NCBI GenBank assembly: GCA_964413685.1
Contig: CAYPSW010000004.1
Coordinates: 65,846 to 129,845 of the forward strand
Direction: 5' to 3'
DNA: 64,000 nucleotides
Origin: an uncultured Chitinophagales bacterium
Lineage (GTDB): Bacteria; Bacteroidota; Bacteroidia; Chitinophagales; S012-47
How positions within the stretch are numbered: position 1 is the first letter of the stretch; every line of letters begins with the position of its first letter. Under the pieces are notes generated by a model, which had not been told where the DNA came from, made no database searches, and was given only the letters and a program-made list of their open reading frames with translations. The translations under genes were made by a program, and so were the position numbers. Positions 1 through 9,640 of the stretch are shown piece by piece.

Positions 1-397
1 TAGGGCCAAGAATTCTTCCAAGTTTTGCAACTTTCCCCATAACATCAGGAGTTGCAATTACAACGTCAACATTGGTCCATCCGCCCTGAACCTTATCAAT
101 CATATCCTGTAATCCGACAAAATCAGCACCCGCCTCTTTTGCTTCTTTTTCTTTGTCACTATTGCAAAATACCAATACGGTTTTAGTTTTGCCAGAGCCG
201 TTCGGCAAACTAACTGAACCTCTCAAGGCCTGATCTGCTTTTCGAGGATCAATACCGAGTCTGATATGCAAATCGATAGAAGCATCGAAATTGGCAGTAT
301 TTACTTGTTTGACCAATTGAGCGGCTTCAGAAAGCAAATACAATTTGCCTTTTTCAACCTTATCTATAGTACTTTTCCTTTTTTTAGATATCTGCAC
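1..397 (-). CDS. rplA: 50S ribosomal protein L1, N-terminal ~132 codons; the 3' end lies outside the window
   Basis: Absent from the ORF track because it has no stop codon in the window. The reverse-strand frame opens one codon after a TGA and starts at GTG (397-395). It reads VQISKKRKSTIDKVEKGKLYLLSEAAQLVKQVNTANFDASIDLHIRLGIDPRKADQALRGSVSLPNGSGKTKTVLVFCNSDKEKEAKEAGADFVGLQDMIDKVQGGWTNVDVVIATPDVMGKVAKLGRILGP, which is typical L1. It lies 28 nt downstream of rplK, as in the conserved rplKA operon. Confidence 0.9.
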   Translation of the reverse strand, partial: MQISKKRKSTIDKVEKGKLYLLSEAAQLVKQVNTANFDASIDLHIRLGIDPRKADQALRGSVSLPNGSGKTKTVLVFCNSDKEKEAKEAGADFVGLQDMIDKVQGGWTNVDVVIATPDVMGKVAKLGRILGP

Positions 398-425
398 GTT
401 TCAATTAATTTTCAATTCCATGAAA

Positions 426-869
426 TTATTCTTCCCAAGGTGCTTTACCTTTTACAAGCAAACCCATGCTTCGAGCTGTCCCGGCTACCATTTTCATTGC
501 GGATTCAACGGTAAAAGCATTAAGATCAACCATCTTCTCCTCAGCAATTTCCTTTACCATATCCCAAGTAACTTTTCCAACTTTTTCTCGATTCGATTCA
601 GGGGATCCTTTTTTAATTTTCGCTTTTTCTAAAAGTAGCACTGCTGCAGGTGGTGTTTTGATAATAAAATCAAATGATTTGTCTTTATAGACTGTAATTA
701 CCACCGGCAATACCTTGCCCATTCTATCTTGTGTTCGGGCATTAAATTGTTTGGTGAAATCCATGATATTAACACCTTTGGATCCTAACGCAGGACCGAT
801 AGGCGGTGCTGGGTTTGCCTGTCCACCACGTATTTGCAATTTAATGTATCCATCTATTACCTTTGCCAT
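426..869 (-). CDS. rplK: 50S ribosomal protein L11
   Basis: 147-aa ORF with an ATG start. [43 protein letters not shown] is the canonical L11 N-terminus. Located between nusG and rplA. Confidence 0.97.
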   Translation of the reverse strand: MAKVIDGYIKLQIRGGQANPAPPIGPALGSKGVNIMDFTKQFNARTQDRMGKVLPVVITVYKDKSFDFIIKTPPAAVLLLEKAKIKKGSPESNREKVGKVTWDMVKEIAEEKMVDLNAFTVESAMKMVAGTARSMGLLVKGKAPWEE

Positions 870-873
870 CTTG

Positions 874-1452
874 CTATGCTTGTTTTTCCACTTGCATGAA
901 ATTCAATTCAACGGGTGTTTTTCGCCCGAAAATCTTCACAATTACTTTGAGTTTTTTCTTCTCTTCATAAACCTGCTCAATCGTTCCGAAGAAATCGTTG
1001 AAGGGACCATCAATAATTTTTATGGTTTCTCCTTCAATAAAAGCTTCATTCATTCTCTCACCCATTTCGCTCATTTCGTCAACCTTTCCAAGTATTCGAT
1101 TTACTTCAGATTTTCGTAAAGGAACAGGGTTATTATTACCTAGAAAATTAATTACACCGTTTGTGCTTCTAATCATTTGTAGCATTTCACCGGTAAATTT
1201 CCCGGGTTCCACTTCAATTAAAATATATCCGGGGAAAAAGTTTTTTTCTTGAATTACTTTCTTCCCTTTCCTGATTTTATATACCTTTTCAGTAGGTATC
1301 AAAACCTGAGGAACAGCGTCTGTCCATCCGGTCCGTTCAATTTCATATTCAATCAGCTCCTTGAGTTTTCGCTCCTTGCCACTAATTACTCGAATGACAT
1401 ACCATTTGGTATGGCCTTCTTGCTCAATGTCTAATGCATCATTATCTGCCAT
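874..1452 (-). CDS. nusG: transcription termination/antitermination factor NusG
   Basis: 192-aa [17 protein letters not shown] (NGN domain) and a C-terminal KOW-like [21 protein letters not shown]. Conserved secE-nusG-rplK context. Confidence 0.95.
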   Translation of the reverse strand: MADNDALDIEQEGHTKWYVIRVISGKERKLKELIEYEIERTGWTDAVPQVLIPTEKVYKIRKGKKVIQEKNFFPGYILIEVEPGKFTGEMLQMIRSTNGVINFLGNNNPVPLRKSEVNRILGKVDEMSEMGERMNEAFIEGETIKIIDGPFNDFFGTIEQVYEEKKKLKVIVKIFGRKTPVELNFMQVEKQA

Positions 1453-1457
1453 AGCTA

Positions 1458-1649
1458 TTAAATTGCGTTGTAATAAAGCTCCATGACATTACGTGAAGCA
1501 ACATCCATCAGCAGGATCATGATGGCTATCAATACAGAGGCTACCAATACAACTACAGCACTATTTTGCAATTCGCTCAAAGTAGGCCAAGTTACTTTGA
1601 ACCTTAATTCCATATAGGCCTCTTTTAAATATGCAATAATCCGGTTCAT
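1458..1649 (-). CDS. secE: preprotein translocase subunit SecE
   Basis: The track ORF 1458..1694 overlaps tRNA-Trp. The internal ATG at 1649 gives 63 aa, MNRIIAYLKEAYMELRFKVTWPTLSELQNSAVVVLVASVLIAIMILLMDV..., a single-TM SecE-like protein located between tRNA-Trp and nusG. Confidence 0.85.
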   Translation of the reverse strand: MNRIIAYLKEAYMELRFKVTWPTLSELQNSAVVVLVASVLIAIMILLMDVASRNVMELYYNAI

Positions 1650-1667
1650 ATTTTTATTTCTATAAAG

Positions 1668-1740
1668 CACGGGTGGAGAGACTCGAACTCCCAACCTACG
1701 GTTTTGGAGACCGTTGCTCTGCCAATTGAGCTACACCCGT
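1668..1740 (-). tRNA. tRNA-Trp (anticodon CCA)
   Basis: Reverse strand reads ACGGGTG TA GCTC AATTGGC AGAGC A ACGGT CTCCAAA ACCGT AGGTT GGGAG TTCGAGT CTCTC CACCCGT G. This is a full cloverleaf with a 7-bp acceptor stem and anticodon loop CT-CCA-AA. Classic position between tuf and secE. Confidence 0.95.
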
Positions 1741-1763
1741 TCATTATTTAATAAATAGCGTGC

Positions 1764-2951
1764 TCAGGCAATTATATCAGTTACCTGACCTGCACCAACA
1801 GTACGCCCACCTTCACGAATAGCAAAACGTAATCCTTTTTCCATAGCAACAGGATAGATTAGTTTCACAGTCAGGGTTACATTATCACCAGGCATAACCA
1901 TTTCAACACCGTCAGGTAATGTAACTTCACCAGTAACATCTGTTGTCCTGAAATAAAACTGAGGTCTATATTTATTAAAGAATGGAGTATGTCGACCACC
2001 TTCTTCTTTGCTTAATACATAAACTTCACATTTAATTTCTGTGTGAGGTTTAACAGAACCCGGAGCACACACTACCATACCACGTTTAATCACTTCCTTG
2101 TCAATACCGCGAAGCAATAAACCGACATTATCACCGGCTTCCCCTTGGTCAAGAATTTTACGGAACATTTCAACTCCGGTCACAGTAGATTTTAAATGTT
2201 CTTCCTGTAAACCAATAATTTCAACCGGGTCACCGGTATGAATCATACCTCTTTCAATACGACCTGTTGCAACCGTACCACGCCCGGTGATTGAAAAGAT
2301 ATCTTCAACAGGCATCAAGAATGGTTTATCAACAGCCCTCACAGGTAGTGGAATATATTCATCAACGGCTTTCATCAGGTCTTTGATAGACTGAATTGCT
2401 TCAGCATCACCTTCAAGTGCTTTCAAAGCTGAGCCCTGAATAATTGGAATATTGTCTCCGTCAAATTCATAGAAGCTCAATAATTCTCTGATTTCCATTT
2501 CTACCAATTCGATCAGTTCAGGATCATCAACAAGATCTGTTTTGTTCATATACACTACAATGGCGGGAACACCAACCTGGCGAGCCAGTAGAATGTGTTC
2601 ACGTGTTTGAGGCATAGGCCCGTCCGGGGCAGCCACAACAACGATAGCACCATCCATTTGAGCGGCACCAGTGACCATGTTTTTAACATAATCAGCATGA
2701 CCGGGACAATCTACGTGAGCATAATGCCTGTTGGAGGTTTGATATTCAACGTGTGCCGTGTTGATTGTAATACCTCTTTCTTTTTCTTCAGGAGCGTTGT
2801 CGATTGAGTCGTATTCGGTTTTCACAGCTAAACCTGCCTCTGACAGTACAGAGGTAATTGCCGCGGTTAATGTGGTTTTACCATGATCAACGTGACCGAT
2901 TGTACCAATATTAATGTGAGGTTTCGTACGCTCAAATTTTTCTTTTGCCAT
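1764..2951 (-). CDS. tuf: translation elongation factor Tu
   Basis: 395-aa ORF with an ATG start. [28 protein letters not shown] (G1 motif), DCPGH and NKTD motifs. Confidence 0.99.
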   Translation of the reverse strand: MAKEKFERTKPHINIGTIGHVDHGKTTLTAAITSVLSEAGLAVKTEYDSIDNAPEEKERGITINTAHVEYQTSNRHYAHVDCPGHADYVKNMVTGAAQMDGAIVVVAAPDGPMPQTREHILLARQVGVPAIVVYMNKTDLVDDPELIELVEMEIRELLSFYEFDGDNIPIIQGSALKALEGDAEAIQSIKDLMKAVDEYIPLPVRAVDKPFLMPVEDIFSITGRGTVATGRIERGMIHTGDPVEIIGLQEEHLKSTVTGVEMFRKILDQGEAGDNVGLLLRGIDKEVIKRGMVVCAPGSVKPHTEIKCEVYVLSKEEGGRHTPFFNKYRPQFYFRTTDVTGEVTLPDGVEMVMPGDNVTLTVKLIYPVAMEKGLRFAIREGGRTVGAGQVTDIIA

Positions 2952-3128
2952 TTTTCAAGAATTTAAATAGGTGAAAATTTTGATTCGATTTTAAGATTAA
3001 AAAAAATAATTTAATTAAGTATTGTCCGAATAATCGGAATATTTTATTTTTTCATTCAATTCCTTTGTTAAAGGTTTGTATGTTTATTGTCAACTTCAAA
3101 TACGCTGAAATACCAGAGTTGATTGCAG

Positions 3129-3201
<73 letters not shown>

Positions 3202-3213
3202 TTTATATAGCAG

Positions 3214-3286
3214 AGCGGGAGACGAGGCTCGAACCCGCGACCTACAGCTTGGAAGGCTGTTGCTCTACCAACTGAGCTACTCCCGC
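3214..3286 (-). tRNA. tRNA-Gly (anticodon TCC)
   Basis: Reverse strand reads GCGGGAG TA GCTC AGTTGGT AGAGC A ACAGC CTTCCAA GCTGT AGGTC GCGGG TTCGAGC CTCGT CTCCCGC T. The T stem contains two G:U pairs. Confidence 0.93.
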
Positions 3287-3316
3287 ATTTCATCAATGAA
3301 CAATACTCCAATTCTG

Positions 3317-3398
3317 TGGGGAGAGGAGGATTCGAACCTCCGAAGGCGTAGCCAACAGATTTACAGTCTGCCCCGTTTGACCGCTTCGGTATCTCCCC
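3317..3398 (-). tRNA. tRNA-Tyr (anticodon GTA), long variable arm
   Basis: Reverse strand reads GGGGAGA TA CCGAAGCGGTCAAACGGG GCAGA CTGTAAA TCTGT TGGCTACGCCTTC GGAGG TTCGAAT CCTCC TCTCCCC A. Confidence 0.93.
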
Positions 3399-3426
3399 CA
3401 ATTATTGCCTAACTTGCAATTAAACG

Positions 3427-3500
3427 AGCCAGTGGAGGGATTCGAACCCCCGACCAGCTGATTACAAATCAGCTGCTCTGACCAACTGAGCTACACTGGC
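3427..3500 (-). tRNA. tRNA-Thr (anticodon TGT)
   Basis: Reverse strand reads GCCAGTG TA GCTC AGTTGGTC AGAGC A GCTGA TTTGTAA TCAGC TGGTC GGGGG TTCGAAT CCCTC CACTGGC T. Confidence 0.95.
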
Positions 3501-3552
3501 CTAATTACTCAAAATATATCAAAGACCCATTATGCCGCCCAAAATTGGATTG

Positions 3553-3560
3553 CAAAATTA
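3553..3560 (-). promoter_or_regulatory. candidate Bacteroidota -7 promoter element (TAATTTTG) for the tRNA-tuf operon
   Basis: The reverse strand reads TAATTTTG, which fits the TAnnTTTG consensus, 52 nt upstream of the tRNA-Thr(TGT) 5' end. No clear -33 TTTG partner was seen. Confidence 0.3.
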
Positions 3561-3594
3561 AGAATTATTTTTTGTCTTTTCTAATACAATTAGG

Positions 3595-3894
3595 CTAATT
3601 TCTAATTTTTTCTTTGTGACGACCAATTTGCTTTTTTAAACTGCCAAGCGCAAGGTCAAACGCTTCTTCAAATTTCTTGCTTGTTTCTTTCACAATCAAG
3701 GAAGTACCGGGTAAATTTAATTTAATTTGAACAGTTTTATCTTTGACTTGTGAGTTCTGATTTTCAAAAGATAAAAAGATTTCTGCATCAATGATTCGAT
3801 CATAATAATGACTGAGTTTGCTCACTTTCTTTGTGATTAAATCGATGAGTTTCGAATCTGTTTTAAATTGGATTGACTGAATGTTGATGTTCAT
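3595..3894 (-). CDS. hpf: ribosome hibernation/translation inhibition factor (short HPF/RaiA/YfiA family)
   Basis: 99 aa. MNINIQSIQFKTDSKLIDLITKKVSKLSHYYDRIIDAEIFL...KFEEAFDLALGSLKKQIGRHKEK fits the sigma-54-modulation/S30EA ribosomal protein family pattern. Confidence 0.85.
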   Translation of the reverse strand: MNINIQSIQFKTDSKLIDLITKKVSKLSHYYDRIIDAEIFLSFENQNSQVKDKTVQIKLNLPGTSLIVKETSKKFEEAFDLALGSLKKQIGRHKEKIRN

Positions 3895-3924
3895 AGATTC
3901 TATTTTTTAAAAAATGTTGCTTTT

Positions 3925-4857
3925 TCAGGCTCGAGGGTGTGCCTGCTTATAAACTTCTTTAAGTTTTTTAATACTTGTGTGGGTATAAACTTGCGTAGCC
4001 TGTAGGTTACTATGGCCTAATAATTCTTTTATTGCATTTAGCTCAGCGCCATTATTAAGTAGAAGCGTAGCAAAAGTATGCCGTAGTAAATGGGGGCTTT
4101 TTTGCTTCATGGTGCTTACTTTGCCTATATATAGATTTACAATTCGGTATACTAATGTCGCATAAAGTGCTTTCCCTTTACTATTAAGTAAAAAGTGAGC
4201 ACTTGTGGGAACACTGAATTTTTTGTTTCTCGCCTCCCTATATATATATAGTGTATCAACCAGTCCGGGAGCCATCGGAATAATACGTTCCTTACTTCCT
4301 TTTCCCATTACCTTAATTGTTTGACCTTGTAGGTCAATATCTTCATTCTTTAAACCTATCAACTCTGATCGCCTGATTCCTGTTGCAAATAAGAGTTGAA
4401 ATACCACTTGAGCCAAAATACCTTCGTATCCATCAACTTGTTCAATTTCATAAAAGATTGATTGCATTTGCTGCTTGGAAAGAAATTGTGGTAATTTTTT
4501 CAGAGATTTTGGTGCAGCAACTTTTATCATGGGGTTCTTATCAATTATTCCTCTTTTAATTAAAAATCTGAAATAGGTTTTCAAACATGAAAGCTTACGA
4601 TTAACCGTTCGGGCTGTTACTTTTTTCAAAAGATTTTTTTCAGTTTCTTTATTCTTTAAGCTTTCATTACCCTGCAATAAATAAACGACCCAATTTCTAA
4701 TTTGAAAATGTGTGATATCAGCAGGAGATTCCGGGAATATATCCTGATTTTTCAGGTAGGATAAAAATTGATTCAAATCAGACAAATAAGCTGAAATGGT
4801 ATATGATGAATACCGTTTTTCGAATTGCAGGTACTTGGTAAAAGAGTCCCTGTTCAT
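3925..4857 (-). CDS. tyrosine site-specific recombinase, XerC/XerD-like
   Basis: 310 aa. N-terminal SAM-like core-binding domain. The C-terminal catalytic region has ..ATGIRRSELIGL.., HLLRHTFATLLLNNG and LGHSNLQATQVYTH (R..HxxR..Y). It is embedded between hpf and rpsU with no flanking repeats. Confidence 0.85.
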   Translation of the reverse strand: MNRDSFTKYLQFEKRYSSYTISAYLSDLNQFLSYLKNQDIFPESPADITHFQIRNWVVYLLQGNESLKNKETEKNLLKKVTARTVNRKLSCLKTYFRFLIKRGIIDKNPMIKVAAPKSLKKLPQFLSKQQMQSIFYEIEQVDGYEGILAQVVFQLLFATGIRRSELIGLKNEDIDLQGQTIKVMGKGSKERIIPMAPGLVDTLYIYREARNKKFSVPTSAHFLLNSKGKALYATLVYRIVNLYIGKVSTMKQKSPHLLRHTFATLLLNNGAELNAIKELLGHSNLQATQVYTHTSIKKLKEVYKQAHPRA

Positions 4858-4930
4858 AAGATAACCTCCCCTTGCGCGTTATGAGCTGATGATACCCTAA
4901 ATATAATAGATTAACGGGGAGAAATGCAAT

Positions 4931-5122
4931 TTAATTCTCTAAATTCTGCATTTTTTGGCGGTAGCGAGCTTTTAGTATCTTATCTCTGTTTAGCATGGAA
5001 GGCTTTGTAAAAACCTGACGGCTTCTTAATTCACGTAATACACCAGCTTTCTCAAATTTCTTTTTGTATTTCTTAAGTGCCCGTTCCAGTGAATCGCTTT
5101 CTTTTACATCAATTATTAACAT
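4931..5122 (-). CDS. rpsU: 30S ribosomal protein S21
   Basis: The track ORF starts at 5173, but the internal ATG at 5122 gives a 63-aa protein, MLIIDVKESDSLERALKKYKKKFEKAGVLRELRSRQVFTKPSMLNRDKILKARYRQKMQ, which is typical S21 in length and sequence. Confidence 0.9.
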   Translation of the reverse strand: MLIIDVKESDSLERALKKYKKKFEKAGVLRELRSRQVFTKPSMLNRDKILKARYRQKMQNLEN

Positions 5123-5144
5123 GCTGTTTAAATTTTTGAAAGTG

Positions 5145-5152
5145 CAAATGTA
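5145..5152 (-). promoter_or_regulatory. candidate Bacteroidota -7 promoter element (TACATTTG) for rpsU
   Basis: The reverse strand reads TACATTTG, an exact fit to TAnnTTTG, ending 23 nt upstream of the rpsU ATG. Two TTTG motifs lie 18 and 22 nt further upstream (5171-5178) and could serve as the -33 element. Confidence 0.45.
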
Positions 5153-5178
5153 GTGCTTTTCCAGCAGTATCAAACAAA

Positions 5179-6318
5179 TTAGTGAAGAATTTCTCTTGCA
5201 ATTACAATTTTTTGAATCTCTGATGTTCCCTCACCGATGGTACAAAGTTTTGAATCGCGATAATATTTTTCAGCTGGATAATCTTTCGTGTATCCATATC
5301 CCCCGAATATCTGAACTGCATCAGTTGAAACTTCGACTGCTGTCTCTGATGTATAATATTTCGCTTCTGCTGCTTGTCTTGAGCAGTTCAAACCCCGTTC
5401 TTTCAAATCGGCAGCTAAAAAAGTGAGTAATTCACCTGCTTGAATTTTAGTTGCCATATCAGCCAACTTGAAGGCAATGGCTTGAAATTTTGATATAGGT
5501 TTCCCAAACTGTTCACGTTCTTTAGCATATTTCAGGGAAGCATCGTAGGCTCCTTTGGCTATACCTAATCCCAGAGAAGCAATAGAAATTCTACCACCAT
5601 CTAAAATTTTCATAGACTGAATAAATCCCGCTCCTACCTCACCAAGTCTGTTCTCATCAGAAATATGACAATCCTCCAAAATGACCTCTGCAGTTTCAGA
5701 AGCTCTCATGCCTAGTTTATTTTCTTTTTTACCCGCTTGTAAGCCTAGAGTACCCCGTTCAATAATAAATGCACTTATCCCTTTTGAATCAAGTGGTTCT
5801 CCTGTTCGGGCTAGTACCACTAGCGTGTCAGCCGTTTTTCCATGAGTAATCCATTGTTTGTTTCCATTTAGTACCCAATCACCACCCTTTTTAATAGCAG
5901 TAGTTTTCATGCGCATGGCATCTGATCCGGTATTAGGTTCAGTTAGTGCCCATGCACCGATTTGTTTTCCTGAGGCCAGTCCGGGCAAATATTTTTGCTT
6001 TTGTAGTTCGTTGCCAAACGATAATATATGATTCGTACAAAGTGAATTATGGGCTGCCACGGACAAACCTATGGCCCCGTCAATTCTAGATATCTCTGAA
6101 ATGGCTGTTACGTATTCGGGATAGCTAAGACCTGCTCCTCCATATATTTCAGGTACCAATGCGCCCATTAATCCCAGTTCTCCCATTTTTTCAAAAAGCT
6201 CGAGCGGGAAGATTTGTTGTTCGTCCCATTCCATCATTTTTGGTCGAATGTATTTTTTCCCAAAATCGCGAATCATTTGGGCAATCATTTGTTGATTTTC
6301 ACTCAAGGCAAAATCCAT
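5179..6318 (-). CDS. acyl-CoA dehydrogenase (short/medium-chain type)
   Basis: 379 aa. Contains ..[11 protein letters not shown].., ..[34 protein letters not shown].. (catalytic-Glu region). The length is typical of butyryl-CoA-dehydrogenase-like enzymes. Confidence 0.9.
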   Translation of the reverse strand: MDFALSENQQMIAQMIRDFGKKYIRPKMMEWDEQQIFPLELFEKMGELGLMGALVPEIYGGAGLSYPEYVTAISEISRIDGAIGLSVAAHNSLCTNHILSFGNELQKQKYLPGLASGKQIGAWALTEPNTGSDAMRMKTTAIKKGGDWVLNGNKQWITHGKTADTLVVLARTGEPLDSKGISAFIIERGTLGLQAGKKENKLGMRASETAEVILEDCHISDENRLGEVGAGFIQSMKILDGGRISIASLGLGIAKGAYDASLKYAKEREQFGKPISKFQAIAFKLADMATKIQAGELLTFLAADLKERGLNCSRQAAEAKYYTSETAVEVSTDAVQIFGGYGYTKDYPAEKYYRDSKLCTIGEGTSEIQKIVIAREILH

Positions 6319-6360
6319 AGATATTTGGTTTTAAATTCAGTATGGCTGAATTACTTATAA

Positions 6361-6897
6361 TCAAGTGGTATAACTTGCTATCGAAAATATCTGTTCGCTA
6401 TAGGGTAACAATTTTTTATACCCCTCGAGGAAATCGAGCGATACCAGAAAACTAAATGCACTTGTTTTGCCACCCACCGATCGAATTAATTCTGCTGCAG
6501 CTAATGCTGTTCCACCGGTAGCTAAGAGATCATCATGTATCATTACATTTTTACCAGCACTTATTGAATCCCTCTGCATTTCAACAGTTGCTGTTCCATA
6601 CTCTAAGTTATAAGAGTAAGCAAATGTATCACCCGGCAATTTTCCAGCCTTTCTTATGGGTACAAAAGGTAGATTAAAATGATGGGCCAGTAAGGTGCCA
6701 AAGAAAAATCCTCTGCTTTCAATAGCACAGATAACATCAATGTTCAGATGTGACATTTGCTCCTCAAACCTATTCAATATAGCCCTTGACAATTCCGGCT
6801 GCTTCAAAACAGGTAAAATATCTTTGAACATGATTCCCTTTGTAGGAAAATCAGGAATTTCTTTGATAGTCTTTTTTACTTGTTGTTCAAGAGTCAT
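6361..6897 (-). CDS. apt: adenine phosphoribosyltransferase
   Basis: 178 aa. FPTKGIMFKDILPVLKQPE and the PRPP-binding motif VMIHDDLLATGGTA. Its start overlaps the stop of the upstream gene (ATGA). Confidence 0.92.
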   Translation of the reverse strand: MTLEQQVKKTIKEIPDFPTKGIMFKDILPVLKQPELSRAILNRFEEQMSHLNIDVICAIESRGFFFGTLLAHHFNLPFVPIRKAGKLPGDTFAYSYNLEYGTATVEMQRDSISAGKNVMIHDDLLATGGTALAAAELIRSVGGKTSAFSFLVSLDFLEGYKKLLPYSEQIFSIASYTT

Positions 6898-7997
6898 AAA
6901 GCTAAATAGGGTGCAAGTTTACGATATAAATCATCATCAACCAAGAAGCTTGTTTTGATTTCCTCAATGTTTTTAAAGGGCATTCTATTTCTTCGATTTA
7001 CAATATATTCTGCTATGGCCCGGCTTATATATGGATGCATCTCGAAGTCATCAAAGCTTGAATGATTCAGACTTAATTTATTTATTTGCCCTTCTTCTAA
7101 GTATATCCTCGATTTGATAGCATCCAGTGTTTCAGTCCTGAAATTCGAAATTTCGAGCAATTGATTAACTGAAATAAATCCACCTAAATGCAGCCTGTAT
7201 TGAACAATTTTTTTTGAATAGAAAGAACCTATCCCTTTCAAACTTTTTAATAATGTTGTATCAGCTGTGTTCAAATTGATTCGTACTGTTTCATCCGTAG
7301 GTTCAACTTTACTGTGGCCACTCCTTGAGAGTGAGTCGATCAATATACTATCGATGGATAGATACCTGCTTATTTGATTGAATAACAAACTATCGATTCC
7401 ATAGACTTGCAACAAATCTTGTTTCGAACTAAAAAATTTCCGGGCTTCCCTATAGTGAACAATGCGGCCTGCGTAAACCGGTCCGATTCCAGGCAAGTTT
7501 TGCCAGTCTTCAACACCAGCCTTATTAATATCAATTATCCGGGCTTGATTTTTTGTGAATCCACGATTGTTCCATGAGCTATTTTTATCGAGTTGTATGT
7601 AAGGATACAAGGCCAGATATTCTTCTTTGCTGATCAGGTACAATTTGAGAAAATCGACCTTTTTATAAAAATGCCCACCCTTTTTCCTGTAATGCTCAAT
7701 GGCTTCTGCTTCTTTATTGCTTAGCCCGAGCTTTAAGAAATCAGAGACAGAAGCTGTGTTGGGGTTGAAGGGGAAATACTCCTGAATAGCCGTTACATCA
7801 GATCTATGAGCGGAACGCATGGCCTTTTCAAATGAATCGATGGCCGGTGGAATTTGATTGTTTTGTTTGTCATTAATTCCCGCGGCATCGAACACATATG
7901 GTGCCACTGAGACGATAACAATGAGCAAACAAAGTAGAAGAAGACCTCTTTTCTCAGAAGCAGAAAAAGTAAAATAGTGTTTTAGATACGGTTTCAT
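6894..7997 (-). CDS. membrane-anchored helix-hairpin-helix (ComEA-like) DNA-binding repeat protein
   Basis: 367 aa. It has an N-terminal TM segment (GLLLLCLLIVIVSVAPYVF). There are several HhH-like units: INKAGVEDWQNLPGIGPVYAGRIVHYR and LNTADTTLLKSLKGIGSFYSKKIVQYR. Confidence 0.7.
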   Translation of the reverse strand: MKPYLKHYFTFSASEKRGLLLLCLLIVIVSVAPYVFDAAGINDKQNNQIPPAIDSFEKAMRSAHRSDVTAIQEYFPFNPNTASVSDFLKLGLSNKEAEAIEHYRKKGGHFYKKVDFLKLYLISKEEYLALYPYIQLDKNSSWNNRGFTKNQARIIDINKAGVEDWQNLPGIGPVYAGRIVHYREARKFFSSKQDLLQVYGIDSLLFNQISRYLSIDSILIDSLSRSGHSKVEPTDETVRINLNTADTTLLKSLKGIGSFYSKKIVQYRLHLGGFISVNQLLEISNFRTETLDAIKSRIYLEEGQINKLSLNHSSFDDFEMHPYISRAIAEYIVNRRNRMPFKNIEEIKTSFLVDDDLYRKLAPYLAL

Positions 7998-8039
7998 TCC
8001 GGTTAGTTAATTGATACCGGAGCAAACAATCGTTTTCCT

Positions 8040-9560
8040 CTAATGGCGGGCAATCTCGCCTGATCTTATCAAACCAACATAGCGGTTGAGCTCCTTTTTG
8101 ACTTCCGGCATAAGGAAATAAAGTCCGAAAATATTGGGGAAGCACATAGCAAAAATCATTGCATCAGAGAAGTCAGTGACTTTACCAAGTGTCATGGCAG
8201 CACCAATAACTACAAATACACAGAATAGAATTTTATAAGTATAGCCGGAAAGTTTCGTTTTGCCAAATAAGTAATACCAGGCCTGCTGCCCGTAATAGGA
8301 CCATGAAATCATAGTGGAAAATGCAAACAGCATCACGGCTACAGCAAGCACATAGGGAAACCAACTGATAACCGTTTCGAAAGCTGCTGAAGTCACAAGT
8401 ACTCCTCCTTCTGTGCCAGTTACGGTAGCAGCAGCTTCGTGTTGTCCGGTGATAATGATGACCAAGGCAGTCATGGTACAGACCACAACCGTATCGATAA
8501 ATGGTTCAAGCAGAGATACCAAGCCTTCGCTGGCAGGGTATTCTGTTTTTACAGCAGAGTGCGCAATAGATGCCGATCCAATGCCTGCTTCATTCGAGAA
8601 TGCAGCACGTTTAAATCCCTGTATCAAGGTTCCGATAATACCTCCATATATGGCTTTTGATCTAAAGGCTCCATCAAAAATTGTATAGAAAGCGTGTGGG
8701 ATTGCATGATAGTTGATACCCATAACTACCAGTGCCGCTACTACATAAATCACCACCATAAAAGGCACTATTTTTTCGGTTACCCGAGCGATGCTTTTAA
8801 TGCCTCCAATGATTACCATGGCAACGAGTACAGCCATGATGATTCCGAAAACCCAGCCTTGGGTGCCTTCACCAATAACCGGAATATGCGCAAATTGCTT
8901 GTAGGCTTGATTAACCTGAAACATATTACCCCCTCCGAAAGAACCTCCAATAGCCATGATAGAAAAAAAGACAGCAAGGACTTTTCCGAAATTACCAAAG
9001 CCTTTTTCTTTCAATCCGCTGCTTAAATAATGCATAGGGCCACCCATCACTACGCCATCAGAATCAACCTTGCGGTATTTCACTCCTAAAGTACATTCAG
9101 TAAACTTGGACGACATACCTAAAAATCCGGCAAGAATCATCCATATGGTGGCTCCGGGTCCACCAATGCCGATGGCAATCGCGACTCCGGCAATATTTCC
9201 AAGACCTACAGTGGCACTCAACGCTGCTGTCAGAGCCTGGAAATGCGAAACTTCTCCTTCGGCTGCAGGATCAGAATATTTACCACGAACAATATCAATA
9301 GCTAACTTGAACTTCCGAAAATTGACAAAATTGAAATAGTAGGTAAAAAATATAGCGCCCAGTATGAGCCAAATAAGGACAAATGGCACGCTGATCTCTG
9401 AGCTGATAGGTATCTGGAAGAATATGATTTTTGAGACCAGATCGGTGGCAGGGCTTATAAAATTATTAATGCGCTCGTCAACACTCAGAGACTCTTGTGC
9501 AAAGACACTTTGCTGAAAAATTCCAAACAAACTCAAGGCAAATAATAGGATTCGCTTCAT
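8040..9560 (-). CDS. alanine/glycine:cation symporter (AGCS family)
   Basis: 506 aa, polytopic. It shows [35 protein letters not shown] and [17 protein letters not shown], both typical AGCS signature stretches. Confidence 0.9.
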   Translation of the reverse strand: MKRILLFALSLFGIFQQSVFAQESLSVDERINNFISPATDLVSKIIFFQIPISSEISVPFVLIWLILGAIFFTYYFNFVNFRKFKLAIDIVRGKYSDPAAEGEVSHFQALTAALSATVGLGNIAGVAIAIGIGGPGATIWMILAGFLGMSSKFTECTLGVKYRKVDSDGVVMGGPMHYLSSGLKEKGFGNFGKVLAVFFSIMAIGGSFGGGNMFQVNQAYKQFAHIPVIGEGTQGWVFGIIMAVLVAMVIIGGIKSIARVTEKIVPFMVVIYVVAALVVMGINYHAIPHAFYTIFDGAFRSKAIYGGIIGTLIQGFKRAAFSNEAGIGSASIAHSAVKTEYPASEGLVSLLEPFIDTVVVCTMTALVIIITGQHEAAATVTGTEGGVLVTSAAFETVISWFPYVLAVAVMLFAFSTMISWSYYGQQAWYYLFGKTKLSGYTYKILFCVFVVIGAAMTLGKVTDFSDAMIFAMCFPNIFGLYFLMPEVKKELNRYVGLIRSGEIARH

Positions 9561-9640
9561 AAAACTTAATTCAAATTTTCATAGCTTCGAAAGCAACGAA
9601 TATATCAAATTAATGCCTAACAGTTTGGATAGATCCGGAC

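Noticed and set aside
1650-1694. N-terminal extension of the secE ORF (MGVRVSPPVLYRNKN...).
   Set aside because: The extension overlaps tRNA-Trp (1668-1740). The internal ATG at 1649 gives a normal 63-aa SecE.
3025-3038. Small palindrome tccgaataatcgga between tRNA-Thr(GGT) and tuf, considered as an attenuator or terminator.
   Set aside because: It has only a 5-bp stem and no adjacent U-run on the transcribed strand. It is too weak to call.
3925-4857. Tyrosine recombinase next to a tRNA cluster, considered as a possible integrase of a mobile element.
   Set aside because: It lies on the 5' (promoter) side of the tRNA operon, with hpf in between. It is flanked by rpsU and hpf with no direct repeats or cargo genes, and it has XerC/D-like size and motifs. 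It is most likely a chromosomal recombinase.
4858-4930. Spacer between rpsU and the recombinase gene, checked for a dif-like Xer site or terminator (ctcccc...ggggag).
   Set aside because: The complementary hexamers are separated by about 50 nt. No convincing dif-like dyad or hairpin/U-tract was found.
8413-9339. Antisense or alternative-frame ORFs of 60-130 aa nested inside long genes. Examples are 8413-8688, 8694-9026 and 9070-9339 in the symporter; 27080-27409 in dnaX; 36206-36571 in secA; 39042-39431 in cysD; 50607-50993; 52233-52577; 53065-53343; and 58571-58957.
   Set aside because: All lie wholly within strongly supported genes on the other strand or in another frame. They have low-complexity or odd composition and no recognisable motifs, so they are typical shadow ORFs.
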